A DNA stretch of 64,000 bases from Lytechinus pictus (Eukaryota). The DNA lies in contig NC_087245.1 of NCBI RefSeq assembly GCF_037042905.1, positions 43,712,001 to 43,776,000 of the forward strand, in the 5' to 3' direction. Shown here in pieces: positions 14,090 to 25,732 of the stretch. The position numbers were made by a program, and so were the translations under genes. The notes beneath the pieces were generated by a model. It did no database searches. It was given only the letters and a program-made list of their open reading frames with translations, and had not been told where the DNA came from. Numbering within the stretch: position 1 is the first letter of the stretch; every line of letters begins with the position of its first letter.

Positions 14090-14710
14090 TGCATTTTCTC
14101 AAGTAAATTTTGACAAACCCCCAAAAATGTTATCACACACAAAAAAAATTGTCATTTTGTCCCGCGTAAGATTTGACAAGTAAAAAAAAAAGATGGTCAC
14201 TAAAAATGAAAGACTGTCATTTTGTCCGTGTAATATTTGACAAGTTATAAAAAGATGGTCAATAAAATTGAAGTTCATTTTGTCTGTGTAATATTTGGCA
14301 AGCCCCTCCCAAAAAAAAGGTTTTAACTAAAAATGATCGAAGGCCATTTTGTTTCTCTTAAAATTTGTCAAGTATAAAAAAAAATTGTCACTAAAAAAAT
14401 GAAGGTCGTTTTGTCCCATGTAAAATTTGGCAAGCCCCGCCCCCCCCCAAAAAAAAAAAAATGGTTTTAACTAATAATGATTTTCTCGCGTAAAATTTGA
14501 CAAAAAAGTTTGTCACTATATTTGGCGAGCCTCCCTCCCCCCCCAAAAAAAAGGTTTCACTTATAATGATCGAGGTTATTTTGTCGCGCGTAAAATTTGA
14601 CCAAAAAAAAAAGAAGGTCATCTTGTCCCGCGTTATATTTGGCAAGCCCCCACCCCCTCCCCCATTAAAAAGTTTGTCACTAAAAATAATAGAAAGTCAT
14701 ATTGGAAGCA
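14090..14710. repeat. Diverged tandem array of 60-75 bp units
   Basis: Recurring AAATTTG(A/G)CAAG...TCACTAAAAATGA...TTTTGTCC units. Confidence 0.7.
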
Positions 14711-15179
14711 AAAAAGAAAAGGCCAAAAAAAAAAAAAGAATATGAACAAAATATCCCCATTACAAATATTGCTGTGATTCTCATATAGGGATCAAGGGGG
14801 GGGGGCACATAACTTTGTATGAATGACATTTTTTTTACATCCAAAATATTGACTATGAATCTCAAAAGGTAGAACGGGACAGAAACGCTCACCCCCCCCC
14901 CCCCCCGGATCCGCCACCGATTCCAATCTATAATGACTTTTCTCTGCAATACTGATGCTTTGAAATCAAGATACTGTTGTAATATAAATTATGAACGTCT
15001 GACGAAAAGACAACCAACCGATCACCTGACCGATCAGTTGACCAGTACGCGATTCACATCGGAGTTGATCAGTCCTCACAGTGTTTGGAACGCTCACCAA
15101 GAATTCAAGAAAAAAGACTGAAAATGTAAGTTTAACCTCAATCCATTAAATTTCAAATGTCGTAGAAGTTTACTTATGA

Positions 15180-15874
15180 CAGGGTGTCTGGAGAAAAAAA
15201 AAAATTCTTATTTCAAGAAAATATCACATTTTCTTTGTGAATTTGAAGAGAAATTACCTTCAGACTGACAGAAATATAACATTTTCGAAAAAAATCCAAT
15301 TATTGGCTGCAAAAAAGAAGAATGAAATTAGGTACATTTTCAGCATTTCTCTGCCATAGACTGTGTAGTTAAGAAATGGACACACACAAATCAAAATTTT
15401 TAGCTTCCGAGAGCTGTTATAAATTTATTATTAATGCCAAAAACTTGTCCACAAAGAACCAATAGGATTTTTTATGCTCTATCTGATGGTATGATTTTTA
15501 TAAAGATTTGGAAACCAGATCACAATGAAAAATTGCGACAAAGTGAAAAAAATTGTGCAAAACAGAAATTTCATTTTCCCATAGAAAACGCATGGAGAAA
15601 TGGCAATCTCAACACACACAAAAATAAGGGTTTGCAATTTATCTCTAAATCCTTATTTAAAATGATCATATAAACTTGTCCTTACTGTCAAAAGAAGCCC
15701 CTGAATCTTCTCTTTCCATACATCATACATGCCAAACACAAGATAATTATCAATTCAGATCACATTTTTCTAGTAGCCTGAACTTCCCCCAAAAAATGTG
15801 CCATATTTTCCCCTAAATCAGCCTGTTTTATGCTGACACTTTTCAGTGTGGCTTCAGACATGTCAGACACCCTG
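15180..15874. mobile_element. TIR MITE, hAT-like
   Basis: CAGGGTGTCTG and CAGACACCCTG termini, with CTTATG on both flanks (imperfect TSD). Confidence 0.7.
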
Positions 15875-16211
15875 CTTATGTCATGATGTTAAGAACTAAT
15901 TTACCAAAATTTTTACCATCCAATTTGTATTAAGGCGTACATTTGCCAAAGTCCTTGGTTGCAAATAAAAATGGCACTTTCTAACCGGTTTTATCAGTTA
16001 TGTCGCCTATGTCTATGAGGTCCATACATGTACTGTTTGGACCTCATTGCCATGCCGTAGGAGTGCGTATCGCTCATCTCGTCATGCAACAGGCCCCAGG
16101 TTTTTTTGCGGTACACGCAGATGAATGGGAAGGAAATTGGCAAGGAAATTTCTGGCTTCCGTGGTGAGTAAGCATACGTTAGTAAATCATTTTGATTATG
16201 TTACTCTCTAA

Positions 16212-16991
16212 CTAACGTCCATGCGCAGTGAGTCGCCATCGGCAGTTTTCAACCTTCAATTTTGCAACCAAAAAAAAAATTCTTACCCAAATCTTTGTAT
16301 GAGATGAAAGTATCCACAAATCCTTTGAAATATATGATAAACTTTTCTCCTGAAATTGCTACAGTTTTTAGTAAGAACATTTTGAATTACACACTTCCGG
16401 AACGGCGACACAATGATGGGTATATTTTGAGTCGCTGATTCGAAAAATCCAATACATTTACTACACAGACATATCGCGCATGCGCACACACACGCACCGA
16501 TCGTACACAAAAGTGCATTGACTCAGCTGCATTGTTGAAACCTCTCCGTGGGTTAAGATATACGTTGAGTCGCCAACCCCTCTTATTTTGATAACAATTG
16601 TCACCCCCACCTTCAAAATGAAATGATCGTGAGCATTTTTTTATAATCTATATTTATAATTTTGATACCAAATATTGGTAACTTGAGCGGGCAGTTTTGG
16701 AAACATCGATTGCTTAGTGTGGGCGTCTCAAATCGTCGCCCGAGAAAAATGGCAGCTTAAATTCGCACCGTACGGACCAAGTTTGCAAGTCTGACTTTGA
16801 CTGCGCTTAACTCCTTTGTCTTTTGCTGGATCTTTTAACCAAACGTTGCAGCATTTCAAGGAATTACTGAGGATTAATATCAGATGCCACAAGACACTTT
16901 TCAACATTGCAAAAGATTTGTAGTCAGGCAGTGACAGGTGAGTGGTGCAACAGTAAAAAAAATGCACATGGCGACTGCGCATGGACGTTAG
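16212..16991. mobile_element. Unclassified TIR element
   Basis: CTAACGTCCATGCGCAGT...TCGCCAT at the left and ATGGCGACTGCGCATGGACGTTAG at the right. Confidence 0.65.
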
Positions 16992-17515
16992 AAGCCTCCT
17001 GGCTTGCTATGCCTATGGTTCACTCACACGTATTGCGAGGTTAGTATTAGTATACTAACCTCGCACCACGAACCGCGTTTGGCAGTGGATTTCTAACTAG
17101 TGGTAGTGGCTAGCCTTACTTAGTCACTTAGTGCCAGTGGGTCGCGCGTGCTGGGATCTCACTTCTTGGGTCCACAACACACGACTTCTATGGCTTGATT
17201 TTTCTGTGCATGGCGGCATGTAATGAACCCTTGGGTGCCTATGGTTAGGCTTTCCCGCCAGAACTACTTTGGCTTTCAAGTTTCAGTTTAGATAGAATAG
17301 ATGAGTACACCGCTATGGGCATGTGGGACCAAAGTAACCAGTGTCAGTGTACCACTACCACTACCCAGTCTGAATTGGGCCTGCAGTTTGCAGGTTTGAG
17401 GTTAAAAATCATCCCAATTTTTTTTTACAAATTCAAGTATGAAATGGACACTGTGGGCAATGCCTTTTAATCGTCAAATAGGCCCCGCTCGAGAAAAAAA
17501 TGTAATCGACCATAC

Positions 17516-17604
17516 CTCAATATAGGTTGCTATCTTCAGCTAGCTCACTAACGTTAGACAACTCGTGCACGATCCACTTTCCGAGATGCGTTAGAAGAGC
17601 GCAG
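17516..17604 (-). other. Candidate non-coding first exon of SPAG1
   Basis: SPAG1's ATG exon has an acceptor, so an upstream exon is needed. A good donor (GAG|gtatgg) sits at 17515 next to a relatively CpG-rich, apparently unique segment. Inference only. Confidence 0.35.
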
Positions 17605-18631
17605 GGGCCCGTTTCTCAACACCGTCATAAGTCTAACTTCTTGACTAAATCGGAGATAGTGAGCTACTTGTCCGCTAACCGTTTCACGAAGCCCTCTTTA
17701 CCAAGATCGGGTACAACAACCTCACTAAATATTTATGACACCTCCGAACCTGTCATAACTTCTTTCTTAGTGACGTAGTGGCATCACGTGGGTAGACTAT
17801 GACATGCGAAAGTGCCTAGAAATTTTAAAATTATAATCTTACGTAATCAATCATAGAGGTTGAAATTACATCACAAAACAAGTGGGTAAATGCATTCAAT
17901 GATAATTGTAATACAAAGAAACTATAAAAACTGTTGGTAAACGCCACAAAACCATTCATTTTGAAATAATAAAATGATTTAATCGATCAAGATTCTACCA
18001 CGTCAGGCCATCCATAACTGAACTCGTATTTGTTGTTTTCAGACCCCTATTAACAGTTGGATAAATTCTATCTCTAATTTATGCATATAATTTGTCCAAT
18101 ATCGTATCTTTCGGTATCAATGATTAAAAATGTTTCGTTAAACTATATTTTGATGACGTTTGGAATCGTAAAAGTCCGTATAATTATCATCATTTTACAA
18201 AGAAAACTTTTATGGTTTACTTTTGTAAACTATTAAAATTGGGTCTCCCGGGGGTACCCATCTCAACGTCCGCAAGTGATTCTTTAGTCATGAAATGAAT
18301 TATTCATAATTTAATTTTCTCTGCAATTGAATGCTCCAGTCTTCATGGTCTAAGTATGTATGATGCATAATTCACCTGTGCTATTATTTTGAAAAGATTT
18401 ATTTCCCAATTCATCATAATATTTGCAATTTTGTCATAATTTTTCTAATTGAAAATTATGCTATTTTGTGACTAAGGCTACGTCTCGTCTGCTCTTTTTA
18501 CCGATAGTATCGATATCAAGGTATTCTAGTTAGGAAGCCTTTCGAGAAACAGGTTTAGTAAGATTGGAACTAACTCCGTGGTTGGTGGATAAAGATATGA
18601 CTAACTTGTCCATGTGTTGAGAAACGGGCCC
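17605..18631. mobile_element. PIF/Harbinger-type MITE
   Basis: TIRs GGGCCCGTTTCTCAACAC and GTGTTGAGAAACGGGCCC, with a 3-bp CAG TSD. Confidence 0.85.
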
Positions 18632-18721
18632 CAGGATGCGAATATTTTTTCCGTACCGTACATAGTACATGGAAATGCTATATGGACATGAATTATTCAT
18701 AAGTTGAGCTAAAGACTGAAG

Positions 18722-18733
18722 TGCGCAGGCGCA
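18722..18733. promoter_or_regulatory. NRF1-like site (inverted homologue at 22965-22976)
   Basis: TGCGCAGGCGCA is one mismatch from the NRF1 palindrome TGCGCATGCGCA. It lies between the divergent SPAG1 and MEA1 genes. Confidence 0.45.
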
Positions 18734-18744
18734 TGTGGACTTAA

Positions 18745-19327
18745 AGGAGAATGAAACTCTTGGAGCAAGTTAACTTTTGTGAAAGCAGAAAAATCAAAGA
18801 ATAACATCAAAAAGTTTGAGTAAAATAGGACTAGCAATAGAAGAGTTATGAGCATTTGAATGTCGAGATCACTAATGCTATGGAGATCCTCCTATTGGCA
18901 ATGCGACCAAGATGATGTCACAGATGAACAACTCTCCCCTTTTGGACACTGAAAATATACCCCAAAACATCTCTTTTTGCTCATTCTAATCATATGACAA
19001 ATGATTCATCAATGATATAATGTTGTGAAACCTCTGTACTTGTCCTCTCATATAGAGCACCTCACCTTGTGATAGACTCTATAAAAGTGAGAATATATAA
19101 GTGAAATAATTAAGTACTAAAGTAATGAGGGAGTTGTACGTGTGTGACATCACAGATCTTGGTCGCATTGCCAATGGGAGGAACTACATGGCATTAGTGA
19201 TCTCAATATTCAAATGCTCATAACTTTCTTATTATTCATTCAATCTTCCTCAAACTTTCAACAATATGTTTTATTTGATTTTTCTCTTTGATATGAATTC
19301 AGCTGGTTTCAAGGGTTTCATTCTCCT
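18745..19327. mobile_element. Kolobok-type MITE, copy 1
   Basis: TTAA|AGGAGAATGAAAC...GTTTCATTCTCCT|TTAA. Confidence 0.88.
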
Positions 19328-19516
19328 TTAATTGCGATCGTTCTGTAGCTCATCAATTTGTACATGAACGAATGGACGAGCACATCTTGTACATAAATGA
19401 ATGGACTCCATCCCAATCTCCCCGCTTTCTCAAGTTTCGAAGCTTCCCATCTCTCTTGCAATCTCCCCCTCTCTCTAAGCACACTCTCTCCAGCTGTTAA
19501 TTCTTTATAAATAATG

Positions 19517-19606
19517 TGTGTGTGTTTGAGTTTTTTCAGACGTGTATCAATCAGATATGATTATTTACGTCTGGGACCGACCTTTAACGTCACCATCCGA
19601 AAGACG
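19517..19606 (-). mobile_element. 5'-truncated copy of the same SINE (core plus tail only)
   Basis: Near-identical to the 3' part of the full copy (about 22730-22823), with a (CA)n tail. TSD AATAATG at 19510-19516 and 19607-19613. Confidence 0.85.
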
Positions 19607-19984
19607 AATAATGAATGGATTGACTCGCATAATATCCACGCCACCTCCCATCTAAATATCTGTTCCTTACTCTAACATGTCAACCAAGTTCTCTTTCTCT
19701 GTTGCTCTCTCTTCCCTCTATCTCGGTTCCTTTATTGCCTTCCTCTTTCTCTTTGATAGCCCCCCCCCCCCCCCCTCCCCCCCCCCCCCCAAAAAAAAAT
19801 AATAATAATAATTAAAAAAAAAAAAAAAAAAAATTGTTACTAATTATAATGTAGGGACGTATTTTCATTCTTTGGGGGCATATCATGTCACTGAGGTGGG
19901 GGGGGGGGGCATGTGAGAGGGGGGCGTTTCACATGTAGGCTCCCTACTGACTATCTGCTGACCAATTGAAGAAATTATTGTTCC

Positions 19985-20961
19985 CAGTGGAGGCACCAGG
20001 ATTTTCAAACCGGGGGGGGGGGCAAGGTAGACATAAAAATTTTTGCCTGTTTCACAATATCGCGAGCTCGAAGCACAAGCTAACATTTCTAATATAGGCA
20101 CTACTGACTGGAAAATGTAAATATGATATCTCTCCAATATATAATGCGAGTGCAAAGCGCTAGCTAAAAACATCCTGATATGATAACTTGACGTTATTTA
20201 AGCACTTTTGCAACCATGAACAGGATGGGTATCTCACTAAACAATGGATGCGAGCGCGCAGCTGAAAATGTTTAACATTCAGCAATTTGTTTTTAATTAT
20301 GAACAAGGATGCGTATCTTGCTAAAACAAATAATGAAAACTCGAATCTCTAAAAGAAGAATTTGTGCAAATCGACTTGAAAACTGGATTTTAAAGTCCCA
20401 TGTTATCCAACTGAGCGCATTTATTTATCTCAATCGACAGCGACTGCGAGCGCGAAGCGCGACAAAATTTTGAATTTTATATAATGACATGAAAGATTTG
20501 TTAGAGAGTCAAAAGGGGCCTAAAATTTCGTTCCTAGCAGAATCTTCGTCGGAGGCAAAATGACAAACATATAAAGTGGAACAAACATAATATAGACCAT
20601 AGACATGCAACAGCAACACTAGAAACAAGGAGACAAAAAGGGCATTAGAGAGTTGTGATGACCAATCAGGTCAGAGAAGGGGATGAAAGCAAATGAGTAG
20701 GCAGACACAATTAAAGGGAAGTCAGTGTAAGGCCAGTAAAAGACCTTAAGCTGTGAGGGATTAAGACAATTGGGCAGGCAACATCAAACAGGATCAAAGA
20801 AGACTAATATTGTTGGGAGCTAGCAGTGGCATGATGACAAAATTTCAATATTTGAAGGGTGAAAATGTTGCTTTGGAGCACCTTATAGCTTGACGATCTT
20901 GACTGGGGGGGGGGCAAATGACCCCCCCCCCTTCGTTGCCACCCCCTTTGTGCCGCCACTA
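19985..20961. mobile_element. hAT-type element
   Basis: CAGTGGAGGCAC and GTGCCGCCACTA termini. TSD ATTGTTCC/ATTGTTCT. Confidence 0.7.
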
Positions 20962-22151
20962 ATTGTTCTACTGATAAAGTGGTTGGTTATATCCAAGATA
21001 TACCAAAATCAACAAAGTTTAACAATAGGGACAGATTTAGCCTACCCTTTCTAAAGGATACACCTAGTAAGCCTATACTTTTATAAAACTAAAACAAAAT
21101 TACCTTTTAAAAAATACCCCAAAAACTCAACAACAACACAAAAACAATCCATACAGGATTTACAGTAGGTCTATTATGACAGACCTTTTTAATGTTACGC
21201 AATATATCAATGTCCGATATAATTATAATTAGTCGCAAGTTCATTATCATTTGGTGGGTAAATATTCAGAGAACCTTTAATTCCTCACTCGGTCTTTGAC
21301 AAAAAATAACTTTTACCATTTTGATATGGTCAGAGACTCAGAGGTTGATTGCAAGCCTTGCCATCTTTTAGGATATTATATCTTCGTGAATTTTATCTGG
21401 CAAATAGCTCTAAGATTTATGTATGCAATATCTTAAGCATTCAATTTGTGCAATGGCTGGTTTTGCAATAATTTATATATTATTTAGAAAATAATTGATG
21501 TTTTGCATATTTTCGTTTCCACTAGTAAATTTTCGTATATAATATTCACATTGAGTAGCATTTACAATGAGTTACCTGAATATAAATAATTGAAATGTAG
21601 GGGGAGGGGGTTATTGTTTATTTCTTATAACTATTTGAATGTCCTCTATTGTGATGATGATTGAAATCTAGATGAATTAACGTTATTTCCTACATTGTAC
21701 ATTGTACCATCATCGTTTTTCCATATATTCACTTACGATTTATTTTTATGTTCTGTTTGTTTTTTTCTTATGTAATTTGTTTTTTATATTGTAAATATTT
21801 GTTTACCCTGACGGCCCCCTGGAAAACAGTACAAGACTACTGATGGGGCTACCCTGTATAAATAAAACGAAATAAAATATAAATTATGTATCATTGTTCA
21901 TGTTAACAGACCATGCTGAAAAACAGTTATTCTGAGCTCGTTATCCTGTATAAAGATATTTCAATAAATAAAAATAAATGAATAAATTCTAATTTTTTTT
22001 TCTTAGTTTGGTCCAACAATAATTTCTACAGGCATAGACGAAATAAGACAGATTATCAAGTTTCATTATCTGATATATAGGTTCTGAGATAACGCCCTAG
22101 CAATTTTTTCTCTCATGTCTAGCCCATGTTTTGTCTTTCCTCTCTCACCAT

Positions 22152-22381
22152 ACACACTTAAAATGTTGGATAGCATACTGTCCACTGTGTTGGGTAATGT
22201 ATGTTGGTAAAAAATATATATATTCTGGGCAATTATTATCAAACTGAACAAATTTATTACACAATTATTAGTTTTTATTACCCAATTTGGACAGATTTTT
22301 AACCAATAGTTGTGTGGACAGTATTTGCCCATGCAGGGTTGATTAAAAGTTGGACATTTTTGCCCAACTATTTTTAGAGTG
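22152..22381. mobile_element. CMC/EnSpm-like MITE (second copy at about 56444-56646, relative at 63122-63343)
   Basis: TA|CACACTTAAAA...TTTTAGAGTG|TA. The interior is shared with 56444-56646. Confidence 0.65.
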
Positions 22382-22711
22382 TAGACCTATTTCTGTATAC
22401 AGCACCATTCGGACAATCATTCGCTTGTACTCGTTATACAATATCCTATGATTTTGTAATGTATTAACTATTAAATGATTTATATGTGTCTGCTAGGAAT
22501 ATTCGACATTGAAACTTCCATTATTATTATTATTTTTTTTTTTTGGGGGGGGGGGTTGCAAGGGCACCGCTGTTGCTCCTTGGTATTGATAGCTTTTGAC
22601 ATAATTGGGTATGTGACGTGGGGGAAGAGAGAAATCGAAACTTGAGAAAGCGGGGCGTTGGGATGGAGTCCATTCGTCAATTCGTTCACACAAATTGATG
22701 TAGTCTATGCG

Positions 22712-22964
22712 TGTGTGTGTGTGTGTGTGTGTGTGTATTTGAGTTTTGTCAGACGTGTATCGATCAATCAGATATGATTATTTACGTCTGGGACTGACCT
22801 TTAACGTCACCATCCGAAAGACGTGACCAGGGCTCGAACCTCTGCATCAATTTGTAACTTCCCCACTTAGCTTGGATCGCGGCACACCCCTACCACTTTT
22901 TTGGTCGAGTGCCCCCCCCCCCCCCCCCGGGGCTTGGATTACAGGCGCACGCCACAACGCCCAG
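22712..22964 (-). mobile_element. SINE with a 7SL RNA-derived head, B box, Nin/Deu-like core and (CA)n tail
   Basis: After removing a 54-bp insertion plus its TSD, the minus strand reads CTGGGCGTTGTGGCGTGCGCCTGTAATCCAAGCTAAGTGGGGAAG...GGTTCGAGCCC...TCTTTCGGATGGTGACGTTAAAGGTCAGTCCC...(CA)n. Flanked by TGCG direct repeats (22708-22711 and 22965-22968). Confidence 0.82.
22878..22931. mobile_element. Internally deleted hAT-type MITE inserted into the 7SL-like SINE head
   Basis: Perfect 8-bp TSD GCTTGGAT (22870-22877 and 22932-22939). The end GAGTGC(C)nGGG resembles the hAT terminus at about 5215-5231. Confidence 0.75.
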
Positions 22965-23699
22965 TGCGCCTGCGCACTTCAGTTTTATAGCTCAACTTCT
23001 GAATAATTCATGACCATAGCGTTTAATTCCATGTACGGAAAAAATATTCGCCGTTAGATCCGGTATACCGTAATTAAGTCCTATTACAAATCTTTAGTGT
23101 TACTCTTGAGGCTGGGATGAACTGTTGGTGAGATCCGTCGTACTGGCACACACGAGAAGAGAGGTGACTAATTTCACGATAAGGCCAAAATTCGGATTAC
23201 TTGTAAAAGTTGTATATACCGGTACGTACCTATTAAGTAAGACTAGACTTTAGACTCTTAGAGGTGTCAAATTTCTTTGTGGGAGGAGTTTCTTAGTGCC
23301 CGGTAAGGCGGTAAGTTCGGGACTGGAGCTCCGCCGCCGAAGCTGCGGCGCTCAAGATCATGGAAAGTGGTCTTGCTTCATGTGCCGTATGGCATGGCAG
23401 TGGATCGTAATTCGTATCTGTACCGAACACAGTTCATGAATTCAATTATGTCAAACACAATATTATCATAAAATTCACCAAACTTTCACCATAGATATAC
23501 AAATACCTACAAACATGACAAAATATAATTATAAATATGTAAAGACTAGGCCCTAAACTCCTAAAGTAATTAATTTGCATAAATCATGTAGGCCTAGGCC
23601 TAAATCGTTTTTATTTCTCACGATAAAAAAAGCCTGCTTCCAATCACAGACACAGTCACACTACATGATGCATGCGAGGTGTGTGACACCACCACATAT

Positions 23700-24140
23700 C
23701 GGCCACCTCTTTTGAAACCGACCACCTCGCGCGCATTAAAATTATTGCGTATTACAAACGATATGCGCAGCCGCAGGACAGTCAGGAGATTAGGCCCAGT
23801 GTCCATGGAAACGTTAAGAATCAATTTTTTACAAGAGAAAATGGAGGGAAAAAAGGTAAAAATTTAGAATTTCAAAATTGTTTTGACTCACGTTAGACCC
23901 GAACCCCGCCGAAAAAGTTGTTTATACCAAGAAATCTGATAGGAAACGGCTTTAGTTTAGAACAAATATCCGTTGTCAATCGTCGAATCATGTGATGGAG
24001 TTGAAGTAGTGAGACGATCATTTAGCATGTTGACATCATGGAAGTGATCTGGAAGAGTTAAAATATTTCGCCACCGCGACAAGAATCAGCCGTAAACGTA
24101 GTGTATCGCGGGTGGTCGGTTTCAAAAGAAGGGTGCAAAT
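23700..24140. mobile_element. Unclassified TIR MITE
   Basis: CTTTTGAAACCGACCACCTCGCG and CGCGGGTGGTCGGTTTCAAAAG inverted repeats. Confidence 0.6.
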
Positions 24141-25434
24141 GAGCAAATGTAAAATCATTGTATTAGTTATTCGCTGATATATATTGAATCAGGACAGGAC
24201 AGCGTGTACGCTTTTGGGAGAGTACTTCTTCAAGATTCAAGATTCAAGATCAGAGTTGCCCATCGAAACATGGGAATCTAATCTGCTCAATTTTCTCACA
24301 AATGAGACGAAAACTAGGTAAAAGTAAAACTGATAAATATTTTCGGAAATAAGATGCTTAGAAAATTAGGTGGTCGATAAGGGGTAGTTCCAACCATACT
24401 AACCTCGCACAATGCATGTGATTTGATAACCAGGCAGTCGTCCGTGTAATACTAGTCAAACATATATGTACTCTCCAAAATTGGGTAGAATGTGTTGTGG
24501 TGGTTGCAATAGCACTCCAAATAAAAGGGGAAAAAATGAATTATGCACTTACCTCGATTATATGGATGAAGGTCTATTGTGACACACTAATCCTGACATC
24601 GAGGCACAAACTGGACCCTCAAAAAAAGGAAAAAGTTCTGGCTCCTTCGTTCTCCTGTCAAAATTGAAAACAAAGTGGCCGATCAATACAAAAACAAATG
24701 CGTCATAGACATCTAACTTTTCCTTTTTTTGAGGGTCCAGTTTGTGCCTCGATGTCGTCCGTGTAACCCAGGGAGCTCCGCCCTGCAAAGCGGGCCTGAG
24801 CTCCCTGCGTTAGTGATTTGACAATGAATTTTGATGTTTTCATTCATCACACGAATGTGAGGGAGTAAAACACGCCAAAACCCACATTTATTCACTACAT
24901 AACTTTCAATCAACTAACTTTCTATTCGAAATTATTTATAAAAATGATTTTTTAATGCTTACCTCCAAATTTAGTCAAATTTCGGCAAAGATACTCCGTC
25001 CATCCGAATATAGCGGTGGAAAAAACAATCAAAATGCGAATTTTTCCTAGTTAACAGTCGATTCAAGTCGTCGGCGCATAAAAGTAAATTGTACAAAAAA
25101 ATCAACAGGTTGCATCTCATGTATATAGGTGAAGTACGCCATCTTTTGACAAGATGATGATGAAAGTGGACTGAACGAGCAAGAAAATAATGCTGAGCGC
25201 CGCCTAGAATGCAACTAGCAGTACAAGCTTCAGAACTGTAATCGTAAACAAACCGGCTTATAAATAATATCGCGCGCCCTCTTGGCCAAAATTGATTTTG
25301 TCGCTGATCAAAGGGCATTTACGTGATGATCCTAAGCACTGTTTAAAGACATTGAAATTTGTGAGATATTTCCTATTTTTGAGCAAGCGCCATGAGCGCC
25401 CAGCTGAGGCGGATACCGGCGCTATACAAGAACC

Positions 25435-25466
<32 letters not shown>

Positions 25467-25732
25467 AGAAAAAATACATTTTTAAAAAACAAAATGCAAA
25501 GAGAAGTCACCAAAGGATCCATATGGTTCGGTAAGTGTCATAGCACAATGTGAAATTCTTACTTTAGTGTTATAAATATAATTTGGGGGGGGGCAAAAAA
25601 TTAAAGCCCATGAAAGATTTGCATGTATCGCGTGCATTTGTCCTTCGCACGCGAGATGAAATGAACCCATAGGTGGCTTCCAATCGGTCTTTTCGCATTT
25701 GAAATATTTCAGTCACTTGACTTAAAGTACGG

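Noticed and set aside
22864..22964. A true 7SL (SRP RNA) gene, or human Alu contamination
   Set aside because: 7SL similarity stops after about 45 nt, with no S domain and no A-rich Alu tail. It is fused to a Nin-like core, has a local sister copy and is interrupted by a host hAT element.
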